From contig CAVUHL010000003.1 in NCBI GenBank assembly GCA_963741305.1, positions 2,959,675 to 3,023,674 on the forward strand: a stretch of DNA of 64,000 bases, read 5' to 3'. The notes under the pieces were generated by a model that ran no database searches, was not told where the DNA came from, and worked only from the letters and a program-made list of their open reading frames with translations. Positions 40,857 through 51,592 of this stretch are shown in pieces (the stretch's first letter is position 1; each line of letters opens with the position of its first letter). The position numbers and the translations under genes are program-made. The stretch is from an uncultured Holophagales bacterium (GTDB taxonomy: Bacteria; Acidobacteriota; Thermoanaerobaculia; Multivoradales; UBA5704).

Positions 40857-41368
40857 GAAACGGTTTCTCCTCGCTGGACGATGCCGTTCAACAGGCGCCG
40901 CAGCAGGGGCGGGTCGGGGTTGAAGGCCCATACCCGGTCATCGAATTTGAGGGTGGGCACGACACGGCGGCCGCCACTGCGCTCCAGGATCATGGCCTCG
41001 GCCTGCGCGTCACTGTCGACGTCCACCTCCTCGAACGAGGCTCCCGCCTCCTCGAGCACGCGTTTGGCGCGCCGGCAGTCGCCGCACCAGGATGAGCTGT
41101 AGACGAGCACGCGGGAAGCCGGCACGCCGCCGCCCGTGGCAAGGATCGCGGTCTCGTCCGGAGAGAGCCGCACGCCCACGATGCGGATCTTGCCGCCGGG
41201 CTCGGTGAGGAGCACGGCAGGCAGATCGGCGCGCGGCGAGATGCCGAGCCTGAGCAGCCGGTCCCCGGCGTCGGGGTCGGCCGAAAGATCGATCCGGTCC
41301 CCGCACGCCACGGGGGGTACAGGATGCCGGGTCGAATCGAAGTACACGTGACAATCGAGATGGTTCAT
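40853..41368 (-). CDS. Glutaredoxin/mycoredoxin-like domain protein with N-terminal extension
   Basis: WCGDCRRAKR and GGRRVVPT; overlaps both neighbouring genes by 4 bp. Confidence 0.8.
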   Translation of the reverse strand: MNHLDCHVYFDSTRHPVPPVACGDRIDLSADPDAGDRLLRLGISPRADLPAVLLTEPGGKIRIVGVRLSPDETAILATGGGVPASRVLVYSSSWCGDCRRAKRVLEEAGASFEEVDVDSDAQAEAMILERSGGRRVVPTLKFDDRVWAFNPDPPLLRRLLNGIVQRGETVS

Positions 41369-42075
41369 AGGCTCCGTCCGGGGACCCGAACCGCGGCACC
41401 GTTGATGCCCGCCGCGGCCGGAGTCGTAAGGAAATGGATGGCGGAAGCGACGGCCTCCGTCGTAACCCACTGCAAAGGATCGGCATCTGGCATCGAGGCA
41501 CGGTTGGCGGGGGTGTCCATGGTGCCGGGGAGGACGGCGTTGGCACGGCCGCCGAACGGCGCGATCTCGCGGGCCAGCGACTCGACCATGCGCAGCACGC
41601 CGGCTTTGGCCGCGGAGTAGCCCCCGACCCCGGCCTCGCCGAGCAGCGCCGCTGGCGCGGAGACCGCCACCACGGAACCGCCGCCCGCCCGCTCGAAGCG
41701 GCGCGCGCACTCGCGGAACACGCGGAAGGTGGTCTCCAGGTTCAGCGTCAACAGATAGCTCCAGTCGCGGTCGGTCAGGTCAGCGAAGCGGGCAAAGCGA
41801 AAGCCGCCCACGAGGTGAATCACTGCAGGAGGGATGCCCGAAGCCCGTTCCGTATTCTCGTACCAGCGGTCAAACAGGGCCTCGACCTCGCCGGAGTCAG
41901 CGAGGTTCACGCGCCGCACAGACAACTGGTCCGACGGAGCGAGCTCGGTCAGCTCGCCCAAAGCAGCCTCGTTGGCGTCGACGGCGAGGATCCGGCCGCC
42001 TCCATCGAGGAAGCGTTGCACCACGCTCCGCCCGAGGGCGCCGGCCGCGCCGGTGATCAGGACTCTACCGCTCAT
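41365..42075 (-). CDS. SDR family oxidoreductase
   Basis: TGAAGALG, YSAAK, PGTMDTPANR. Confidence 0.9.
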   Translation of the reverse strand: MSGRVLITGAAGALGRSVVQRFLDGGGRILAVDANEAALGELTELAPSDQLSVRRVNLADSGEVEALFDRWYENTERASGIPPAVIHLVGGFRFARFADLTDRDWSYLLTLNLETTFRVFRECARRFERAGGGSVVAVSAPAALLGEAGVGGYSAAKAGVLRMVESLAREIAPFGGRANAVLPGTMDTPANRASMPDADPLQWVTTEAVASAIHFLTTPAAAGINGAAVRVPGRSL

Positions 42076-42211
42076 GGCTCTCCGGGGTTGATCGAGACAT
42101 CTCCCGTACAGGCAGTAGAGTGCCCGCTGAGGGAGGAAACGAGCCTATCACGGCTCCAAGAGAGGGTCAGAAAGAGGGTAAGATCCTTGAAAGAGGGTAA
42201 TAAAGAGGGTA

Positions 42212-43273
42212 ATGTCTCTCCTCGACCATGCACTCTTTTCGCGACGGATTTCTTCGCCGGCTGCAGCTTCCCCTCTCCTTTCCGTCTGGCTCATGACCGA
42301 CATCGCGGAGGCGAAAGGGCGGCAGCGCCTGTTCCTCAGGCAACCTCCCCAGGTGATCGCCTCCCTCCGGCAGACGGCGCTCGTGCAGAGCGTCGAATCC
42401 TCGAACCGGATCGAGGGAGTCACGGTAGCGCCAGATCGTCTTGAGCCTCTGGTCCTTAAGGATGCACGGCCCCGCGACCGCTCGGAAGAGGAGATCCGGG
42501 GCTATCGCCGTGCCCTGGACCTGATCCATACCGGCGCGGGCGCGCTCGCCATCACCCCTGCCCTCCTCCAGACGTTTCATGGGCTCCTTCAGGAAGGAGC
42601 AGGCGATGCCGGTCAGTGGAAGAGAGTGAACAACGACATCGTGGAGGTCCGGTCCGGAGCGCCTCCCCTGGTCCGCTTCCGTCCGGTCCCAGTGGCCGAA
42701 GCCGAGGCCGCCGTGGAGGAAATCTGCCTGTCCTATCAGCATGCCCTGGATCAGGACCGGATACCGCCCCTGGTCGCAGCCGGAGCCCTGGTCTTCGATT
42801 TCCTGTGCATCCATCCCTTCCGGGATGGGAACGGCCGGGTCTCCCGCCTCCTGACGCTGCTCGCGCTTTACCAGCACGGGTATGAGGTGGGGCGCTATAT
42901 CAGCCTGGAGCGCCTTATCGAGGAAAGCCGGGCTGACTATTATGATGTCCTCCATCGCAGCTCCGAGGGCTGGCACCAGGGCCGGCACGACCTGCTCATC
43001 TGGCTCAACTACTTTCTGGCCATCCTCCGCCGCGCCTACCTCGAGCTCGAACAGCGCTTGGGCCAGGGCAAGGCAGGACGAGGAACCAAGAAGGCCTGGA
43101 TCGAGGCCACGATCGCCTCGTTCCCCGGCCCGTTCAGCCTGGCCGACCTGGAGCGCGCATGCCCAGGCGCCAGCCGGGAAATGGCACGCCGGGTGCTCCG
43201 CCAGCTCCAGCAAACAGGAGAGGTGGAATCCATGGGGAGGGGTCCAGGAGCGCTGTGGAAGCGGCCAGACTGA
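42212..43273 (+). CDS. Fic family AMPylase (class II, autoinhibited) with C-terminal HTH
   Basis: HPFRDGNGRVSR; N-terminal SNRIEG inhibitory motif. Confidence 0.93.
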   Translation: MSLLDHALFSRRISSPAAASPLLSVWLMTDIAEAKGRQRLFLRQPPQVIASLRQTALVQSVESSNRIEGVTVAPDRLEPLVLKDARPRDRSEEEIRGYRRALDLIHTGAGALAITPALLQTFHGLLQEGAGDAGQWKRVNNDIVEVRSGAPPLVRFRPVPVAEAEAAVEEICLSYQHALDQDRIPPLVAAGALVFDFLCIHPFRDGNGRVSRLLTLLALYQHGYEVGRYISLERLIEESRADYYDVLHRSSEGWHQGRHDLLIWLNYFLAILRRAYLELEQRLGQGKAGRGTKKAWIEATIASFPGPFSLADLERACPGASREMARRVLRQLQQTGEVESMGRGPGALWKRPD

Positions 43274-43342
43274 TCCGTCCCCCACCCGCCGGTACCGCAT
43301 GCTAGTCTCAGCCCTTCAGGTTTTTTGCGAAGGGAGAGCACG

Positions 43343-43753
43343 ATGAACGAGACCAACCAGAAGGGAACACTCAACTTGCGGGCGGTCATGCCCGCGATCA
43401 CGGCCACTGACCTCCAGGCCAGCCTGGCCTGGTACCGGGACGTCCTCGGCTTCACCGTCGCCGAGGAGTACAAGCAAGAGGACCAGTTGATGGGGGTCCA
43501 GCTCCAGGCCGGCAACGTCCAGCTCATGCTGGGCCAGGACGACTTCGCCAAGGGGCGCGACCGCCAGAAGGGAGCCGCACTCCGCTTCTTCTGCACGACC
43601 TCCCAGGATGTCGATCAGCTCGCCGCTGCCATCAAAGAGCGGGGCGGCAAGCTCGCTCACGAGCCCACGGACCAACCCTGGGGCACCCGCGACTTCGGAG
43701 TCGTCGATCCCGATGGCTTCAACATCTCCATCTCGACCGAACCGAAGAGCTAA
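43343..43753 (+). CDS. VOC/glyoxalase family protein
   Basis: WYRDVLGF, DQPWG.R.F.V.DPDG. Confidence 0.9.
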   Translation: MNETNQKGTLNLRAVMPAITATDLQASLAWYRDVLGFTVAEEYKQEDQLMGVQLQAGNVQLMLGQDDFAKGRDRQKGAALRFFCTTSQDVDQLAAAIKERGGKLAHEPTDQPWGTRDFGVVDPDGFNISISTEPKS

Positions 43754-44148
43754 GAGCCGAACCGCCCGCGGAGGTCCGAGAACCAGATCAGCGCCAGGAC
43801 GGCGCCGTCACAGGTGGTCCCCAGGTCGTTGAGCGTCGACGATAAGGAGGAGCCGACCCAGGCCGGCTCGAAAGGCGCGAGCAGAAAAGCGGCGACCGTC
43901 ACCGCGGTGTAGAGCCAGCGGGACCACGGCTTGAAGAGCCAGAGTCCGACGGTGGAGACGAGGAGCGGGACGACCAGCCCCAGATAGACCCACTCGATGG
44001 CCCTCATCGGGCTGTCGAGCTGGGTCTCCGAGTACGCCGCCAGCTCAGGCGGCAGCAGGCCCGGAGCGAACGAGTCGATCATGGCTCCGACGAGCGGAAA
44101 CACGATCACCGCGACGAGCAGGATCCGAAGAATCGTTTCGAGGCGCAT
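43750..44148 (-). CDS. Small membrane protein
   Basis: Four hydrophobic segments; [10 protein letters not shown]. Confidence 0.65.
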   Translation of the reverse strand: MRLETILRILLVAVIVFPLVGAMIDSFAPGLLPPELAAYSETQLDSPMRAIEWVYLGLVVPLLVSTVGLWLFKPWSRWLYTAVTVAAFLLAPFEPAWVGSSLSSTLNDLGTTCDGAVLALIWFSDLRGRFGS

Positions 44149-44219
44149 GGTGCAGGATTTTACCCCTCCCTTTACTCCGTCCTTTACTCCAACGTGGCCC
44201 TCGGGCTAGATTTCCCGCC

Positions 44220-44942
44220 ATGGGACGCATCTTCGAAACCAGAAAACACACGATGTTCGCTCGCTGGGACCGGATGGCGAAGCAGTTCGCCCGGATCGGC
44301 AAGGAAATCACCATCGCCGTCAAGGCGGGCGGGGCCGACCCCGTCAACAACCCGATGCTGCGGCGGGTGGTGCAGAACGCGCGCAACGTCAACATGCCCA
44401 AGGACAAGGTCGAGTCGGCGATCAAGCGCGCGGCGGGCAAGGAGGCGGAAAGCTTCGAGGAGATCGTCTACGAAGGCTACGCCCCGCACGGCGTCGCCAT
44501 CATGGTCGAAACCGCCACGAACAACCCCACCCGCACGGTCTCCAACATCCGCACCCACTTCAACAAGGGCGGCGGCACCCTGGGGAATGCCGGTAGCGTC
44601 TCCTTCCAGTTCAAGAAGATGGGCACCTTCCGCCTGGACCCCAAGAAGCTCGATCAGGACGAGCTGGAGATGGAGCTCATCGACCACGGGCTCGAGGAGA
44701 TGGGCGAGTCCACGGGCGAGAAGGGCGAGCCGCAGCTCGTGCTGCGCTGCGCGTTCAACGACTTTGGCACCTTGCAGAAGGCGCTGGAGGACCGCGGCAT
44801 CACTCCCCTCTCGGCCGAATCGGAGTACATCCCCGTGACGCCAGTCGATCTCTCCGAACCGCAGGCCGAGGAAGTCCTCAAGCTCGTCGACCGGCTGGAG
44901 CAGGACGACGACGTGCAGAAGGTCTTCCACAGCCTCGGTTAA
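44220..44942 (+). CDS. yebC: YebC/PmpR family protein
   Basis: [40 protein letters not shown]. Confidence 0.95.
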   Translation: MGRIFETRKHTMFARWDRMAKQFARIGKEITIAVKAGGADPVNNPMLRRVVQNARNVNMPKDKVESAIKRAAGKEAESFEEIVYEGYAPHGVAIMVETATNNPTRTVSNIRTHFNKGGGTLGNAGSVSFQFKKMGTFRLDPKKLDQDELEMELIDHGLEEMGESTGEKGEPQLVLRCAFNDFGTLQKALEDRGITPLSAESEYIPVTPVDLSEPQAEEVLKLVDRLEQDDDVQKVFHSLG

Positions 44943-45092
44943 ATATCCCGACTCCCGAATAGATACACATTCCGCCGGCTGCCCCCCTCGCCCTGAGGGG
45001 ATCGCAGGGCCGCCGGCGTTCTCTTTCCTGTAACGCTCCGGCTTTTCAGGCGCCCAAGCATTTAGAGATCGCTTGAACGGGGAGTCGATTTC

Positions 45093-46712
45093 ATGTTCAT
45101 GGCAAGACCAGGATTGACCCTTTTCATCACCATCGCGCTCCTCTCGTCGACCCCGCTGTCCGCGGTCGACGAGCTGCCCTTCTACTCGGTGCCCGGAGAC
45201 CGGAACTTCGAGCGTACCCCCAGCTACCGCAACGACGACGATCATTTCAAGTACGGCTCGCTCGGCGGCGAGCGCGGCTACAAGGGACAGGTAGGCTTCG
45301 GCCTTCCCTACTGGATCTGGGTAGCCCTGCCGGAGCTCTTCCCCGAGTACCTGCCGGATGGGAAGCCCGGCCAGGGCTACTCCTCGTTCGGCTACACCTA
45401 TGAAAAGGACGGAGACCGCCGCTTCCAACTGCCCATCGGGACATCGCAGCGCAACAGCCTGACCCTCGACCGGGTCTGGATCAATTGCGGCGTCTGCCAC
45501 ACCGGCACGGTCCGGGACACCCCGCAGAGCGAGCGCCAGATCATCCTCGGCATGCCCGCCAACCGCTACAACCAGGGCGAATGGATCCGCTTCCTCTTCG
45601 CCGCCGCCTCCGACCCGCGGTTCGACGGCGAGCACCTGGTGCGCAAGATCCGCGAGCTGGAAAAAGAACGCCGCAAGGTCGCCAAAATCGCCGGCCCCAA
45701 GCTCCCCAAGGAGCTGAACCTCCTCGAAGAGGAAATCTACAAGCTGGCGGTCGTTCCGGTCATGAAGCAGCGTTTGTTGTCGATCAAAGAGCGGCTGGAT
45801 TTCATCGATCTCCAGAGCTGGGGACCGGGCCGCGTGGATACCTTCAACGCTCCCAAGGCCCTGCTCAACTTCCCCATGCACCTCGCTCCCGAGAAGGAAA
45901 AGAGAGGCAATGCGGACCTGCCCTCGGTCTGGTACCAGAGGGCCCGAGAGGGAATGCAGCTCCATTGGGACGGCAACAACGTCTCCGTCCAGGAGCGCAA
46001 CCTTTCCGCGAGCTTCGCGGCCACCATCCCGCCGCTCATCGACAAGTGCAGCCTGCGGCGGATGGCCCGCTTCCTGGAGACTTTGGAGCCGAAACCCTTC
46101 CCATCCGAGAGGATCGACAAGGCCCTCGCGGCTCGGGGCGCACCCCTCTACAACGCTCAATGTGCCGGCTGCCACGGCGCCTCCGCGCCCCCCTTCCGCC
46201 GTGAAGGGGTTGGGAAGCTCGTCGGCACCGTCATCCCGCTGAAGGCGATCGGAACTGACCGCTCGCGTTTCGACTCCTACACCCCCGAGCTTGTCAGGGC
46301 CCAGAACAACATCTATGCGCAGTATCCCCTGGCCAATTCAAGGGATTGCCCCGGTGATCCCGGAGCCAAGGGCTATCCAGCCCGCTTCAATCATTTCCGC
46401 AAGACCGATGGCTACGCCAACAGCCCGCTGGACGGCATCTGGCTGCGGGCTCCCTATCTCCACAACGGCTCGGTGCCCGACCTGAGGGCGTTGCTCGATC
46501 CAGCCGAAAGCCGGCCAAAAGTGTTCTGGAGCGGCTACGACGTGTACGACTACAAAAACGTCGGGTTTGTGACGCAGGGTCCCGAAGCCGAAGCCGAGGG
46601 ATGGCGCTACGACACGGCCCTTCCCGCCAACGGCAACCAAGGCCACGAGTATGGGACCCGGCTGTCGGCTGACGAGAAGGACGCGCTGATCGAGTACCTC
46701 AAGACGTTCTGA
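45093..46712 (+). CDS. Exported di-heme c-type cytochrome, RoxA/MauG-like
   Basis: Signal peptide; CGVCH and CAGCH; WGPGRVD; LDGIWLRAPYLHNGSVP; GNQGHEYG; ALIEYLKT. Confidence 0.85.
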   Translation: MFMARPGLTLFITIALLSSTPLSAVDELPFYSVPGDRNFERTPSYRNDDDHFKYGSLGGERGYKGQVGFGLPYWIWVALPELFPEYLPDGKPGQGYSSFGYTYEKDGDRRFQLPIGTSQRNSLTLDRVWINCGVCHTGTVRDTPQSERQIILGMPANRYNQGEWIRFLFAAASDPRFDGEHLVRKIRELEKERRKVAKIAGPKLPKELNLLEEEIYKLAVVPVMKQRLLSIKERLDFIDLQSWGPGRVDTFNAPKALLNFPMHLAPEKEKRGNADLPSVWYQRAREGMQLHWDGNNVSVQERNLSASFAATIPPLIDKCSLRRMARFLETLEPKPFPSERIDKALAARGAPLYNAQCAGCHGASAPPFRREGVGKLVGTVIPLKAIGTDRSRFDSYTPELVRAQNNIYAQYPLANSRDCPGDPGAKGYPARFNHFRKTDGYANSPLDGIWLRAPYLHNGSVPDLRALLDPAESRPKVFWSGYDVYDYKNVGFVTQGPEAEAEGWRYDTALPANGNQGHEYGTRLSADEKDALIEYLKTF

Positions 46713-46723
46713 GAGGAGCACCC

Positions 46724-48307
46724 ATGAACCGCAAAAGCTTCCTTCTATCGACGGTCCTGCTCCTCCCGCTCGCAGCCAATGCCGGTGGCCTCGGCTCGGC
46801 CAACATCCTGACCGACAAGATGGGCAGGGTCACGGATGGCAAGCCGCAGCCGGCAGAGATCATCGGCGACCCGCGCGAGAACTTCCTCTACGGCTCGATC
46901 GGCGGAGAGAACGAGGCTGGGCTCCCCTACTGGATCCTCATGGTCCTCCCCCGGATCTTTCCCGAGTACCTGCCGGGGCCGGGCGGTTACGCCTCCCTGG
47001 GGCTCCCCTGGGAAGAAGGCAAGGAGTTTCCCGCCGGGTTCTCGAAAAAAACCGTTTTCTTCCCGCGGGTAGGCTTCAACTGCGCCCTCTGCCACTCCAC
47101 TCAATACCGCACGCGACCCGACGAGACTCCGATCGTGGTCGCCGCGGGCGGCAGCAACACCGCCGACATCCAGGGGCTCCTGGAGTTCTTCTCCAAGGCC
47201 GCCAACGATCCACGATTCAATGCCGACAACATCCTCAAGGAGATCGACGGCTCCTACCCTCTGCGGTTCAGCGACCGCCTCCTCTACCGCTTCGTGCTGA
47301 TCCCGATCACGAAGAAGCGGCTGGCCGAGCAGGGCGCGGACTTCGCCTGGACGAAAACCCGGCCGCGCTGGGGTCCGGGCCGCGACGCGCCGATGAACCT
47401 GACCAAGTTCAACTTCCTCGAAATGCCCTGGGACGATAGCATCGATCACACCGACTTCCCAGCCATCTGGCACCTCGCGGCCCGCGAGCAGCAAGGGCGC
47501 GGGTTCGAGGAGGGCAAGCCCGTAGCCTCCCACACCATGCTGATGAACCTGGATGGGGCTACGACCTCGTTCCGGTCCGTGCTGATCGATTCGGCCCTCG
47601 GACTGGGAGGACGGAACACTCCATATTTCAATGCCCGTATCCCGCAGCTCCTCGACTGGCTGCGGGAGCTCAGGCCGCCTCCCTATCCCTTGCCCATCGA
47701 TACGGAAAAGGCCGCCCGAGGTGCATCTGTGTATGAAACGCATTGCGCCGATTGCCACACATCAGGCAAGGACAACCGCATGGGCACCGTCATCCCCATC
47801 GAAGAGGTCGGCACCGATGCCGAGCGCCTCAATACATGGAGGAAGACCGGAGCGGCGAAGCTCGCGAACGAAAAGGTCGCCTCCATGGGCTTCAAGCGCT
47901 CGCCAATGATGGAATCCGACGGCTACATTGCTGTGCAGCTCGACGGCATCTGGCTGCGCGGGCCCTACCTGCACAACGGCTCGGTTCCCACGCTGCGCGA
48001 CCTGCTTGCGCCCGCCGCCGAGCGCCCGCAAACCTTCTGCCGGGGCTACGACCTCCTCGACCGCGAAAACCTCGGATTCATCTCGGACGGGCGGATCGAC
48101 CCCCGTTGTGACGAAGCGCAATCACCCGCGACACCCTCGCCCTGGGACAAACCCGGAAAGCCAGGCCGCTCGGACGAATGGCCGCAGCCCCGGATCTGGA
48201 AGTACTACGTCTCGGAGCGCGGCAACGGCAACGCGGGCCACGAATACGGCACCCGTCTCTCCGCCCAGGAGAAAGACGATCTGATCGAGTACCTGAAGAC
48301 GCTGTGA
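46724..48307 (+). CDS. Exported di-heme c-type cytochrome, paralog of the previous gene
   Basis: CALCH and CADCH; WGPGRD; LDGIWLRGPYLHNGSVP; GNAGHEYG. Confidence 0.85.
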   Translation: MNRKSFLLSTVLLLPLAANAGGLGSANILTDKMGRVTDGKPQPAEIIGDPRENFLYGSIGGENEAGLPYWILMVLPRIFPEYLPGPGGYASLGLPWEEGKEFPAGFSKKTVFFPRVGFNCALCHSTQYRTRPDETPIVVAAGGSNTADIQGLLEFFSKAANDPRFNADNILKEIDGSYPLRFSDRLLYRFVLIPITKKRLAEQGADFAWTKTRPRWGPGRDAPMNLTKFNFLEMPWDDSIDHTDFPAIWHLAAREQQGRGFEEGKPVASHTMLMNLDGATTSFRSVLIDSALGLGGRNTPYFNARIPQLLDWLRELRPPPYPLPIDTEKAARGASVYETHCADCHTSGKDNRMGTVIPIEEVGTDAERLNTWRKTGAAKLANEKVASMGFKRSPMMESDGYIAVQLDGIWLRGPYLHNGSVPTLRDLLAPAAERPQTFCRGYDLLDRENLGFISDGRIDPRCDEAQSPATPSPWDKPGKPGRSDEWPQPRIWKYYVSERGNGNAGHEYGTRLSAQEKDDLIEYLKTL

Positions 48308-48320
48308 GAGGAGATCGAAC

Positions 48321-50735
48321 ATGAAAAGGATCATCCACATTCTTGCTGTGCTGCTCGTGGCTCTCCCAGCCGCAGCCTACGAGGGCCTCGACCAGGGGTT
48401 CCGCGTCGCCGAGGCCGGGCTGAACGAAGAAGAGATGGCGGGGGCCGAGCTCTGGTACAAGGCCACCGCGGGCACCACGCGCTTCACCACCTACGTCTTC
48501 CAGCAGCGCATGGGCGTGCTGATCGACTGGTTCCGCGTCCTGCGCGCGGACCAGCACGGTGACCGATTTAACATCTGGGGCCTGATCAACGACCCCGGCT
48601 GCTGCGTGCCGGGCTCGGCTGGCTGCCCCGCGAAGAGCATGGACGAGACCTACGGCTTCGAATACTGCCCGGGCGACGACCAGCTCCTCAAGTACGTGGG
48701 CAAGACCGGCTACCGCGATCCCGGTTGCGATTTCAAAGACCCCGGCGGGCTGGGCAACAAGCAGGACCCCTGCGATCTCGAATTCGGCACCTCGACCGGC
48801 GCGCTCGGCTTCCGTAAGCTCCCCAACCCGCGCTTCGACGCCGAAAAGTGGCGCAAGATCAACGGCGGCCAGCTCGGCACCTGGAACGGCTACCGCCAGC
48901 GCAAGCCGTCCGCCCCGGGCTCGACGATGATGGTCAGCCATCTCGCCGACCCCTCGATCGAGCCACCCTTCCTGATCGGCATGTCCTGCGGCGCCTGCCA
49001 TATCGCGTTCAATCCGGTCAAGCCGCCGAAAGACACGGCCAACCCGCAATGGGAGAACCTCAAGCTCCTGATTGGCAATCAATACCTCCGCAGCTCGGAG
49101 ATCATGGCCTCCGGCATGCCGGTCGACAGCCCGGAATGGCAGCTCTTCTCACACGAGCGCCCGGGCTCGGTCGACACCTCGGCCATCCCCAATGACGGCG
49201 TCCACAACCCGGGCACGATGAACGCCATCATCAGCTTCGCCTCGCGCCCCTCCCACTTCAAGGAAAAGGTTGCCAGGTGGCACAAGGTCGAGTCGTGCGA
49301 GCCGTCGGACGACACCTGCTGGTGCGAGCCGGGCAAGCCCGGCAAGTGCCGGAAGTGGAAATCTGAGGAAGAAGAAGTCTTCCACATCCTCAAAGGCGGC
49401 GAGGATTCGATCGGCGCCGAGGAAGCCATCCAGCGCGTCTACTTCAACATCGGCTCCTGCTCGGAAGAATGCTGGCTCAATCACCTGACCGACCTGCGCC
49501 AGCTCGATCCCACTCAGCGCAACTTCGGGCAGACCCCGTTCGACATCGGCCAGTGCCGGCGCGATTGCCCCGGCTTCCGTGCCGTCGAAGACCGCCTCGG
49601 CTTGATCGCAAAGTTCTTCCAGGCAAGCAAGCCCGCGGACCTCTGGGAGGCGCGCGGCCTCGAAGACCCGGGCGACCTCGTCGAGCAGCTCGAAGCGGAA
49701 CACGGCCAGGGCGCGGTGACCCGCGGCAAGCGAGTCTTCGTCCAGAACTGCGCCCGCTGCCATTCGAGTCAGCCCAACCCTACGGAGAACACCGATTTCC
49801 TGGCTGTCAACCGCGCAGGCCACCGCATTGACTGGCTCGGCAACGACGAAGTGAAGGAAGCCTCCGAAGTGGCCACCTACCGCTGCCGCGCCCTGCACTC
49901 GAACCACATGCAGGGCCGCATCTGGGATCAATACGCCTCCGAGACCTACCGCAACCGCACGGCCGTGACCGGCATCACGGACAAGGCTGACGGCGGACGC
50001 GGCTACTACCGCAACATCTCGCTCATCAACGTCTGGGCGCACGCGCCCTTCCTGCACAACAATGCCGTCGGCCCCGAAATCTGTGGCAAGCCGAGCGCGT
50101 GCAAGGACGACCAGGGCCTCGACACCTGCCTCTACCGCTCGCCTTACGTGGAAGTCGGCAAACAGGCTTCGCTCGCGGCCTACAAGCGCCTCGACGAGCC
50201 CGGCTGCGTGGCCTACGATCCCAGCGTCGAAGGGCGGTACAAGCTTTATAAAGACTCGATGGCGGAGCTCCTGAACCCGAAGCAGCGGCAGGACAAGGTC
50301 AGCCTGCTCGATCACGACATCCGCATCGATTTCGGGCCGCGCACGTTCCGCCACCGCAACATCCGGACCTTCAAGCTCAGCGTACCTGAGGGCATGCCCG
50401 CCGGCCGGCTCGTGAGCCTGGACTTCAAACCCTTCGTGGCGGACCTGGTGCTCTCCAAGACTGACCGCCCGGAGCTCGAGCGCCGGCTCACCGAGCGCCT
50501 GGGCTCGAAGGAAGAGGCCCGGGAGCAGATGCGATGGCTCAAAGGGATACGCCGCCGTATCCTCAAAAAGGCGCTGTTCACTCAGAACCTGAGGCTCAAC
50601 CCCGCGGACGCGGCCGTGCTGTTCGAGCAGTACGACACCTGCACGGCGGACATCGAAAACGCGGGCCATCCTTTCGGAGAGAGCCTCTCCACCGAAGACA
50701 AGGCCGCGCTGACCGCCTTCCTGGCCACTCTGTGA
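48321..50735 (+). CDS. Large exported Cys-rich di-heme cytochrome (divergent RoxA-like)
   Basis: Signal peptide; CGACH and CARCH; WAHAPFLHNNAVG; ENAGH.FG; ALTAFLATL. Confidence 0.8.
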   Translation: MKRIIHILAVLLVALPAAAYEGLDQGFRVAEAGLNEEEMAGAELWYKATAGTTRFTTYVFQQRMGVLIDWFRVLRADQHGDRFNIWGLINDPGCCVPGSAGCPAKSMDETYGFEYCPGDDQLLKYVGKTGYRDPGCDFKDPGGLGNKQDPCDLEFGTSTGALGFRKLPNPRFDAEKWRKINGGQLGTWNGYRQRKPSAPGSTMMVSHLADPSIEPPFLIGMSCGACHIAFNPVKPPKDTANPQWENLKLLIGNQYLRSSEIMASGMPVDSPEWQLFSHERPGSVDTSAIPNDGVHNPGTMNAIISFASRPSHFKEKVARWHKVESCEPSDDTCWCEPGKPGKCRKWKSEEEEVFHILKGGEDSIGAEEAIQRVYFNIGSCSEECWLNHLTDLRQLDPTQRNFGQTPFDIGQCRRDCPGFRAVEDRLGLIAKFFQASKPADLWEARGLEDPGDLVEQLEAEHGQGAVTRGKRVFVQNCARCHSSQPNPTENTDFLAVNRAGHRIDWLGNDEVKEASEVATYRCRALHSNHMQGRIWDQYASETYRNRTAVTGITDKADGGRGYYRNISLINVWAHAPFLHNNAVGPEICGKPSACKDDQGLDTCLYRSPYVEVGKQASLAAYKRLDEPGCVAYDPSVEGRYKLYKDSMAELLNPKQRQDKVSLLDHDIRIDFGPRTFRHRNIRTFKLSVPEGMPAGRLVSLDFKPFVADLVLSKTDRPELERRLTERLGSKEEAREQMRWLKGIRRRILKKALFTQNLRLNPADAAVLFEQYDTCTADIENAGHPFGESLSTEDKAALTAFLATL

Positions 50736-50751
50736 GCGGAGGATAACGATC

Positions 50752-51573
50752 ATGAAACGACATGTGTCCGCACTGCTCGCGCTTCCGCTTCTCGCCGCCT
50801 GCGCGACGGCTCCGCCTTCGAAGCCGATCCCACAGACGAGCTATGCATCCAGGCCGGATTTCGCCAAGGTCGAGCACGACCATCCGTTGACGGCGGCCGA
50901 GCGCGCGGCCTTCACACCCGAGAGCCTCTCGTCGCTCAGCCAGGAAGACCTCGACCAGATTTATGCCCGCCTCACCGCCGGACCGATTCCGGACGGCCCC
51001 TTCCAGGGGACCGTGATCTTCGCGAGCGGCGGCGGCCTGCGGCGGGTGCGCGAGATCCTCGGCGGCGTCAAGGGGTTCCTGGCCGACCGCGCCGTGGACG
51101 ACCTCGAAGAGCTGGCCGAGGGTTTGTGGAAGGGAAAGGTTTTCTACCGCGACAAGATGGAGCTGCGCAACCAGATCACCAACCGCAAGAAGCTGGCGCG
51201 CCTGTTCAAGGCCGACCTCTCCAAGATGCGCACGGCTACGATCGACGGCCGCGAGGTGGGCCTGCTCTTCCCCGCCAAGCTCTACTGCGGCCAGAGCCTG
51301 CTCGACAGCCGCCGCGAGTCGGTGATCATCGATTACTACTTCAGCGACGAGATCGACGGCTATCTCGACGAGATCGATCAGATCGGTGGACGAAACGGCC
51401 TCCAGATCCGGGACGAGATCCGCATGGTGCGTCCCGGCTTCTATCTCGGCCGCGCTTACGTCGGGAAGATCTTCCTCCTCAACTTCACGCTTTACAACCC
51501 AAACGCGACCGGACAGAACGGCGAGGACTGCCGGCCCGGTGGACAGCAGGTTGCTGGAACCCTGGGAAACTGA
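50752..51573 (+). CDS. Lipoprotein of unknown function
   Basis: LAAC lipobox; GPIPDG, WKGKVF, IRDEIRMVRPGFYLGRAY. Confidence 0.75.
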   Translation: MKRHVSALLALPLLAACATAPPSKPIPQTSYASRPDFAKVEHDHPLTAAERAAFTPESLSSLSQEDLDQIYARLTAGPIPDGPFQGTVIFASGGGLRRVREILGGVKGFLADRAVDDLEELAEGLWKGKVFYRDKMELRNQITNRKKLARLFKADLSKMRTATIDGREVGLLFPAKLYCGQSLLDSRRESVIIDYYFSDEIDGYLDEIDQIGGRNGLQIRDEIRMVRPGFYLGRAYVGKIFLLNFTLYNPNATGQNGEDCRPGGQQVAGTLGN

Positions 51574-51592
51574 TGTAGAGCCGGCCGTGCGA

